From NCBI GenBank assembly GCA_965228735.1, contig OZ245838.1, forward strand, positions 5,248,001 to 5,312,000: a stretch of 64,000 nt of DNA, in the 5' to 3' direction. Position 1 is the stretch's first letter; the number at the start of each line of letters is the position of its first letter. Of the stretch, positions 58,276 to 64,000 are shown piece after piece. The notes under the pieces were generated by a model. That model was given only the letters and a program-made list of their open reading frames with translations. It ran no database searches and was not told where the DNA came from. The position numbers and the translations under genes are program-made. Source of the stretch: Planctomycetota bacterium. GTDB taxonomy: Bacteria; Planctomycetota; UBA1135; UBA2386.

Positions 58276-59718
58276 CTATTCCGGCAGCGTCGCGTACTTG
58301 ATCCCGGCCATCCGCTGCGCGACGCGCACGACCTGCATGCTGTAGCCGAACTCGTTGTCGTACCAGACATACAGCACGGCGCGATCGCCGTTCACGATCG
58401 TCGCGGCCGAGTCGACGATGCCGGCGTAGCGCGAACCGACGAGGTCGGTCGAGGAGATCTCGGTCGACGTCGTGTAGTCGATCTGCTGCGACAGCGGCGA
58501 GTAGAGGGCGGCCTTGCGCAGGTAGGCGTTGATCTCCTCGACGGTCGTCGCCTTCTCGAGCGAGAGGTTGAGGATCGCGAGCGACACGTTGGGGGTCGGC
58601 ACGCGGATCGCGTTGCCGGTGAGCTTGCCGCCGAGCTCGGGGATCGCCTTCGCAACGGCCTTGGCCGCACCCGTCTCGGTGATCACCATGTTGAGCGCGG
58701 CCGCGCGGCCGCGGCGGGTCTTCTTGTGGTAGTTGTCGATCAGGTTCTGGTCGTTGGTGTACGAGTGCACCGTCTCCACGTGGCCGCCCTGGATGCCGAA
58801 CCCGTCGAGCACCGCGCGCAGCACGGGCGTGATCGCGTTGGTCGTGCAGCTCGCGGCCGACAGGATCGCATCGTCCCCGATCGCGTCGTCGTTGACGCCG
58901 TAGACGATGTTCTTGATGTCGCCCTTGCCGGGCGCGGTGAGCAGCGCCTTCTTGGTGCCCTTCGTCTGCAGGTGCAGGCCGAGTCCGGCTTCGTCGCGCC
59001 AGATGCCGGTGTTGTCGATGACGATCGCGTCGTTGATCCCGTGCGCGGTGTAGTCGACCTGGTCGGGCGAGTCGGAGTAGATGATCTTGATGAAGTGACC
59101 GTTGGCGATGAGCGCGTTGTTCTCGTCGTCGATGAGGATCGAACCCGAGAAGCGCCCGTGCACGGAGTCGCGCCGCAGCAGGTTGGCGCGCTTGCGCAGG
59201 TCGTCCTCGGCGCCGCGGCGCACGACGATCGCGCGCAGGCGCAAAGTCTCACCGCTGCCGGTGCGTTCGATGAGCAGGCGCGCGAGCAGGCGGCCGATGC
59301 GGCCGAAGCCGTAGAGCACGATGTCCTGGGGCTTCTCGAGCACGCGCTCGGGCAGTTTCTCGTGACCCTTGAGCCGGTCGCGCACGAACGCCGCGGCGTC
59401 GGGCGAGCGCCCGGCCCGGATCCACTCGACCGCGAGCCGACCGAGGTCGACCCGGCATGGCCGCAGCTCCATCTTCGCCATCTCTTCGAGCAGCGGGAAC
59501 GTGTCCCGGATCGACAGCTCACTCTCCTCGATCTTCCGCACCCAGCGATGCTCGCGCAGGATGTCGATCGGCGACTTCTCGATCAGGGGGCGCCCGTACA
59601 TGATCGGCACGACGGTGCGGTCGCGGAACAACGTCCCGATGATGGGCAGCGCCGCCTCGGCGAGCAGGACGCGCTCGTTCCAGTCCTTGAGATGACGATC
59701 GGAGAGTTCTTGGCTCAT
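58276..59718 (-). CDS. gap: Glyceraldehyde-3-phosphate dehydrogenase, long form with N-terminal extension
   Basis: YGFGRIGR, SAASCTTN (catalytic Cys), HSYTNDQ and WYDNEFGYS; 480 aa. Confidence 0.96.
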   Translation of the reverse strand: MSQELSDRHLKDWNERVLLAEAALPIIGTLFRDRTVVPIMYGRPLIEKSPIDILREHRWVRKIEESELSIRDTFPLLEEMAKMELRPCRVDLGRLAVEWIRAGRSPDAAAFVRDRLKGHEKLPERVLEKPQDIVLYGFGRIGRLLARLLIERTGSGETLRLRAIVVRRGAEDDLRKRANLLRRDSVHGRFSGSILIDDENNALIANGHFIKIIYSDSPDQVDYTAHGINDAIVIDNTGIWRDEAGLGLHLQTKGTKKALLTAPGKGDIKNIVYGVNDDAIGDDAILSAASCTTNAITPVLRAVLDGFGIQGGHVETVHSYTNDQNLIDNYHKKTRRGRAAALNMVITETGAAKAVAKAIPELGGKLTGNAIRVPTPNVSLAILNLSLEKATTVEEINAYLRKAALYSPLSQQIDYTTSTEISSTDLVGSRYAGIVDSAATIVNGDRAVLYVWYDNEFGYSMQVVRVAQRMAGIKYATLPE

Positions 59719-59837
59719 GTTGGCTCGGGCGCGGCCCGGGGGATGGCAGCGCGGATTTCGGGGGGAACGAGCTTAGCCACCCGGCTCCGGATGCCAAAGC
59801 CGAACGGGGCTGCCGGGCCGCAGAAACAGCGGCGCGG

Positions 59838-60263
59838 TCAGCGCGCCTCGTCCAGCAGCAGCACGCGACCGGTGGCGCCGACGGCCGTTGTGCCCACCTC
59901 GTCGACGATGCGGCCGCGCAGGTCCACGACGTCGCCGCCGAGTCGGGCGTTGTGCCGGCTGCGGATCACGAGCCACTCGAGGCGGATGGTCGCGGTCGCG
60001 GGGATCGCCTTCTTGAAGCGGAACGCGAAGTCGAGCCCGAGCATCGGGCCGGTGGCCGCGAAATGCCGGGCCGACAGCGCCATGAGCAGGCCACTCGTGT
60101 GCGGGCCGCTGGCGATCGGTTCGCCGAAGCGGGATCGCGCTGCGGCAGCGGGGTCGTGGTGGATCGGATTGGTGTCCCCGAGCGTCGACGCCACCGCGGC
60201 GACGCTCTCGGGTGTGAGCCGCACCTCCTCGGAGAATCGCTCATGGGGACGGGCGCGCCGCAT
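59838..60263 (-). CDS. MaoC-like (hotdog fold) dehydratase
   Basis: GDTNPIHHD...RFGEPIASG motif. Confidence 0.88.
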   Translation of the reverse strand: MRRARPHERFSEEVRLTPESVAAVASTLGDTNPIHHDPAAAARSRFGEPIASGPHTSGLLMALSARHFAATGPMLGLDFAFRFKKAIPATATIRLEWLVIRSRHNARLGGDVVDLRGRIVDEVGTTAVGATGRVLLLDEAR

Positions 60264-60324
60264 CGGCGGATCGTAACGGAGCAGAAAAACCTGTCACGAA
60301 CGGGCGCGCCAGTGCACTCGCTGG

Positions 60325-63300
60325 ATGATGGCAGACGTGCACGACTCCGGCGGCGCCAACCGTGACGTTCCAGGCGGCCCTGCGGGCGCCGGGGACCGGG
60401 GTGCGCCCTGGGACCGGTCCGCGGCGTTCGCCGAGCGGCTCGCGCGGTCGCTCGTGCGGGACGCGGCGCTCGCGCAGGACGTCGCGCAAGACGCGATGGT
60501 CGCTGCCGTGCAGCAGACTTCGTCGCGCGACGCTGGCTCGGCCGGTCGGGGCGATCCGCCCGGGCGAGGCTGGCTCGCGACCGTCATCCGGCGGCTCGCG
60601 GGTCGGGCGCTGCGCGAGCGGCGCGACCGACCCGTGCGCGAGGCGCGCGCCGGTCGTTCCGAGGCCTCGGACCACGAGCAGCGCACGGCCGAACGGCTCG
60701 CGCTGCAGCGGCAACTCGTCGCCGCGGTCGAAGGCCTCGCCGAGCCGTACCGCACCGTCGTCACGCTCCGCCATCTCGACGGGCTGAGTCCGCGCGCGAT
60801 CGCGCGCAGGCTCGGCAAGAACGCCGACACCGTGCGGCAGCAGCTGCACCGCGGCCTCGCGATGCTCCGGACCCGGCTCGACAGCAGCTTCGGCGACCGG
60901 CAGCAGTGGCTCGCGGCGATCGCCGCGAGCGGACTCGGTGGCGTCGGTCTCGTGCCGGCGGCCGTGATGGCGGTAGCGATGAAGAAGACGATGGCAGTGG
61001 CGGCGGCGCTCGTCGTGGGCGCGGTGGCGTGGTGGGCGATCTCGGACGGCGGTGAACCCGTCACCGTTCCAGCCGGTGGCGGTGACGGCAGCGATCCGGT
61101 CACAACGCAGGCGGCGAGTCAAGCGACCAAACGGAGCGCGCCGGCGGTGGATCGAACGGCTGCGACGGCCGAACGCACCGAGCTCGCGCTCCATGTGACC
61201 GTCGTCGATCACGAGGACCGGCCGCGGGCCGGCGTCGAGGTGCACTGCTGGGAAGTCGGTGAACGGGCGACGTTGCCGGTGCTCCTGACGGATCGGAACG
61301 GCCGCGTCGAGTTCCCGGCGCGTGACGGCGCCGGTCACGTGCTGGTCGTTGCGGAGGGCCGGCCACCGCAGCTCGAAGACCTGCCGCAGCTGCGCGGCGA
61401 GCATCGCATCGTGCAACTGCTCGGGCGGCGCGTTGCGGGCACGATGCTCGTCGACGGCGAAGTCGCGGCGCCCGGGGTTCGCATCGGCCTCAACACGACG
61501 GGCAGTCGTCCAGCTGGCGAACTGCCGTCGTCGATCGACAAGGTCTTCAAGAACTACTTCGGGCAGTGCTTCGCGACGACGAGGCACGGCGGTCACTTCG
61601 CGTTCGTGGGGCTCGCCGAGGATTGGCGTGGCAGCATCGTGATGCCGTCGACGCATTGGCTGCTGCCGCCGCCGGGCGAGGTCACGACGGACGGCAATCA
61701 GAAGTGGTTGAAGATCGACCGTCCGCATCCCGACCTCGTGGTGCGCACGACGCAACTGCCGACGATCGCGGGCCGGGTCGTCTGGGACGACGATGGCTCG
61801 CCCGTTCGGAACGCGTTGCTGCACGGCTACGCCAAGTTCGAGGGTGGTACGACCGCGCCGATGATCGGATTCGAGGCGGACAGCGAGGGTCGGTTCGCGC
61901 TCGGGTTCCCGCCGAGCAGTTCGGCGCTCTACACGCAGTGGTGCGACCCGCAGCGTCGGCCCGCGTTCGAGTCTGCGTGGGTCGCCGCGGACAGTATTCC
62001 TGGCGCGGTAGGTTCGGCGCGAGTCGATCTCGTGGCTGCGGACCTGCCCGCGACCGACGTCGAGATTCGGGTCGCGCGGGCGCAGCAGGAGTGGTTCGTC
62101 GTGCGCGATTCGGCCGGCGCGCTGATCGCTGGCGCGCGCGTCAGTGTCGCGTCGAGTGCGCCGAGCAACGCCGCCGGCCTGGGTTGGTTTCGCGGCCCGC
62201 TCGCCAAGGCCTACGTCGGTGCGCCCGGGCATGCCGTCGTGCCGGCCGAGCCGAGTGGGGGTGACGGCACTTCGAGTCAGCCCTTCGAGTTCGAGCTCCA
62301 AAAGACGAACGGTCTCGTCATCCGGGTGCACGACGGTGCGGGCAATCGGCCGAAAGTCGAAGGCGTGACGATCGAGAGCAACGGTGACCTGTTCTTCGGG
62401 GACCACTTGCAGACCTCGCTTCACCGGATGTTCGGCGGCAGCCACGCGAACTGCAGCAAGGGTGGCCAGTCCCTGCCCGACGGCGGCGTGGACTGGAACG
62501 AGTGGCGCTGTTTCCTGAGTCTCGACGACGCCGGCCACGCCGAACTGCATTCGCTCGTTCCTGGCCGCGAGTGCGAACTGATCGTCAAGGACCGGCTGCA
62601 GCAAGAACTCATGCGGGTGTCGTTCACGACGCCGGATGCTGGTGCGCGCGCGGAGGTCGAGGCGATCGTGCGGCAGCAGCCGCGGCGGATCCATGGCCGC
62701 GTGTTCGACCCCGACGGCGTCCCGCTCGCGGGCGCGCGGGTAGCGTTGCACGTCGAGCGCAACTCGACGGGGGCCACGACCGGGCCCGATGGCGACTTCG
62801 TGTTCGACGACGTTTACTCCGATGTGCCGCTGCGGCTCGTCGTTCGCGCGCAGGGACTCGTCGCCGTCGAGCGCGACGGGCTGCTGCCCGCGGACGATGT
62901 GCGGCCGCACGACTTCCGCCTGGAGCGTGGACGTACCGTCGACGTCCGCGTCGTCGATGCTGCCGACCGGCCGGTGCCGGTGCGGGTGCAGTTCGTCGAA
63001 CGCGTCAGCCGGAACAACAGCGCCCAACGACTCGGGCCCGGCCACTTCCGCTGGACGAATCTGCCAGCCGTCGCGACGTTCGCTGTCGAGCTCGGCAAGG
63101 AACGCTTCGAGGTCCGCCACGACACGACGCAGCCCGAGGTCGTGTTGCGCGTCCCCACGCCGGCGCGCGTGCTCGTCGAGCGGCCGGTAGGTGTCGCGGA
63201 CCCCGAGGACGGGTACCTCGCGGTCGAGCTGCGCCGGCTCGACGGTGACGAGGCCGACGCTCTCCGAATGTCGCTCTCGGACGACGACGATGATGACGAC

Positions 63301-63462
63301 GACGCCGAACTCGTGGTGCCCGGCCGCTACCGCGTCGAGGTCGTCGCCCGCGATCGCGATCGCACGCAGAGCCCCAATGTGTGGCACCGGCGCGCGCTCG
63401 GAATCGAAACGACGGTCGCGCTGTCGGCCGGCGAACTCACGCGGGTCACGTTCGACCGTTGA
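60325..63462 (+). CDS. ECF sigma factor fused to a TM helix and a large carboxypeptidase-regulatory-like extracytoplasmic region
   Basis: Sigma2 (LARSLVRDAALAQDVAQD...WLATVIR) and sigma4 (LAEPYRTVVTLRHLDGLS...TVRQQLHRGL), TM (AVAAALVVGAVAWW), then GRVFDPDGVPLAGARV-type repeats. Confidence 0.88.
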   Translation: MMADVHDSGGANRDVPGGPAGAGDRGAPWDRSAAFAERLARSLVRDAALAQDVAQDAMVAAVQQTSSRDAGSAGRGDPPGRGWLATVIRRLAGRALRERRDRPVREARAGRSEASDHEQRTAERLALQRQLVAAVEGLAEPYRTVVTLRHLDGLSPRAIARRLGKNADTVRQQLHRGLAMLRTRLDSSFGDRQQWLAAIAASGLGGVGLVPAAVMAVAMKKTMAVAAALVVGAVAWWAISDGGEPVTVPAGGGDGSDPVTTQAASQATKRSAPAVDRTAATAERTELALHVTVVDHEDRPRAGVEVHCWEVGERATLPVLLTDRNGRVEFPARDGAGHVLVVAEGRPPQLEDLPQLRGEHRIVQLLGRRVAGTMLVDGEVAAPGVRIGLNTTGSRPAGELPSSIDKVFKNYFGQCFATTRHGGHFAFVGLAEDWRGSIVMPSTHWLLPPPGEVTTDGNQKWLKIDRPHPDLVVRTTQLPTIAGRVVWDDDGSPVRNALLHGYAKFEGGTTAPMIGFEADSEGRFALGFPPSSSALYTQWCDPQRRPAFESAWVAADSIPGAVGSARVDLVAADLPATDVEIRVARAQQEWFVVRDSAGALIAGARVSVASSAPSNAAGLGWFRGPLAKAYVGAPGHAVVPAEPSGGDGTSSQPFEFELQKTNGLVIRVHDGAGNRPKVEGVTIESNGDLFFGDHLQTSLHRMFGGSHANCSKGGQSLPDGGVDWNEWRCFLSLDDAGHAELHSLVPGRECELIVKDRLQQELMRVSFTTPDAGARAEVEAIVRQQPRRIHGRVFDPDGVPLAGARVALHVERNSTGATTGPDGDFVFDDVYSDVPLRLVVRAQGLVAVERDGLLPADDVRPHDFRLERGRTVDVRVVDAADRPVPVRVQFVERVSRNNSAQRLGPGHFRWTNLPAVATFAVELGKERFEVRHDTTQPEVVLRVPTPARVLVERPVGVADPEDGYLAVELRRLDGDEADALRMSLSDDDDDDDDAELVVPGRYRVEVVARDRDRTQSPNVWHRRALGIETTVALSAGELTRVTFDR

Positions 63463-63478
63463 GTCGACCTGGCGCCGG

Positions 63479-64000
63479 CTACTCGGGCGACATCGCGACC
63501 GGGAGCTTCGCGGTCTTGCCCGCGGTCACGACGATGGCGCGTTCGAATGTCCGATACCCCTCGCTCTCAATGCGTAGCTCCCAGGTGCCGGGCAGCATCG
63601 GCGCCTCGGTCGTCCACGTCTGGCCGAGTTTGGCTGCGACCGCGCTCATGATGTTCTCGCCGTCGCGCCGAAAGACGCCGATGCGTTCGAACTCCGCGTT
63701 GGCCTGCCAGCTCGGTCGCGCCTGCACGGTCGCGCCCTGACCGTCCCGCAGCGCTGGAGTCGGACCGAAGTCGAGCGCGATGCGACCTCCCTGCACCGCG
63801 TGCGCCGTCACCTTCGACGTCTGGCCCGCGAGCAGATCCACTTCGACCATGGTCGTGCTGCGGCACAGGTCCGTGGTCCACAACATCCAGCTGCCGGGCA
63901 CGACTTCGACGCGGTAGCGCCCGGGCTGCAGGTCGCGGAAGGCGCCGTCCCGCAGCTCGCGCGGCGCGTGCAGTCGTTGGTTGCTGCTGGGGTCGGTGGC
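63479..64000 (-). CDS. C-terminus of a carboxypeptidase-regulatory-like domain protein; 5' part outside the window
   Basis: FRDLQPGRYRVEV...PGTWELRIESEGY...VTAGKTA; the frame stays open to the right edge. Confidence 0.7.
   Translation of the reverse strand, partial: ATDPSSNQRLHAPRELRDGAFRDLQPGRYRVEVVPGSWMLWTTDLCRSTTMVEVDLLAGQTSKVTAHAVQGGRIALDFGPTPALRDGQGATVQARPSWQANAEFERIGVFRRDGENIMSAVAAKLGQTWTTEAPMLPGTWELRIESEGYRTFERAIVVTAGKTAKLPVAMSPE

Noticed and set aside
60241..63387. Long antisense ORFs (60241..63387, 52344..55214, 12602..15337, 15341..17518, 28995..31385, 58228..60276 and others)
   Set aside because: Shadow ORFs expected in high-GC DNA; they lie opposite well-supported genes and have no recognisable motifs.

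Overview
High-GC, gene-dense bacterial DNA, most likely from a Planctomycetota genome. The assignment rests on a DUF1501/PPC/DUF1549-DUF1553/cytochrome c-WD40 cluster, a DUF1592/DUF1552 pair, and a planctomycete-type ECF sigma factor next to a Ser/Thr kinase. About 40 protein-coding loci are recognisable. I found no rRNA, tRNA, CRISPR array, transposase or integrase. Family names come from motif recognition by eye, not from database searches. Main observations: (1) a peroxiredoxin-like gene at 37532-38059 has an in-frame UGA at the first Cys position of its CxxC motif, followed by a SECIS-like hairpin, so it is a probable selenoprotein that the ORF track splits in two; (2) an SmtB-type metal-sensing repressor with a 12-2-12 operator precedes a His-rich tandem-repeat protein, a candidate His-based metallothionein analogue; (3) a double-length UvrA lacks the UvrB-binding domain in both halves; (4) several signalling modules are present: ECF41/AhpD with an exact consensus promoter, BlaI/M56 with operator palindromes, an ECF/kinase pair beside an ELWxxDGT protein, and a 1045-aa membrane-anchored ECF fusion; (5) a divergent gingipain/C25-like secreted protease; (6) several gene remnants, deletion junctions and single-base frameshifts, some of which may be assembly errors.
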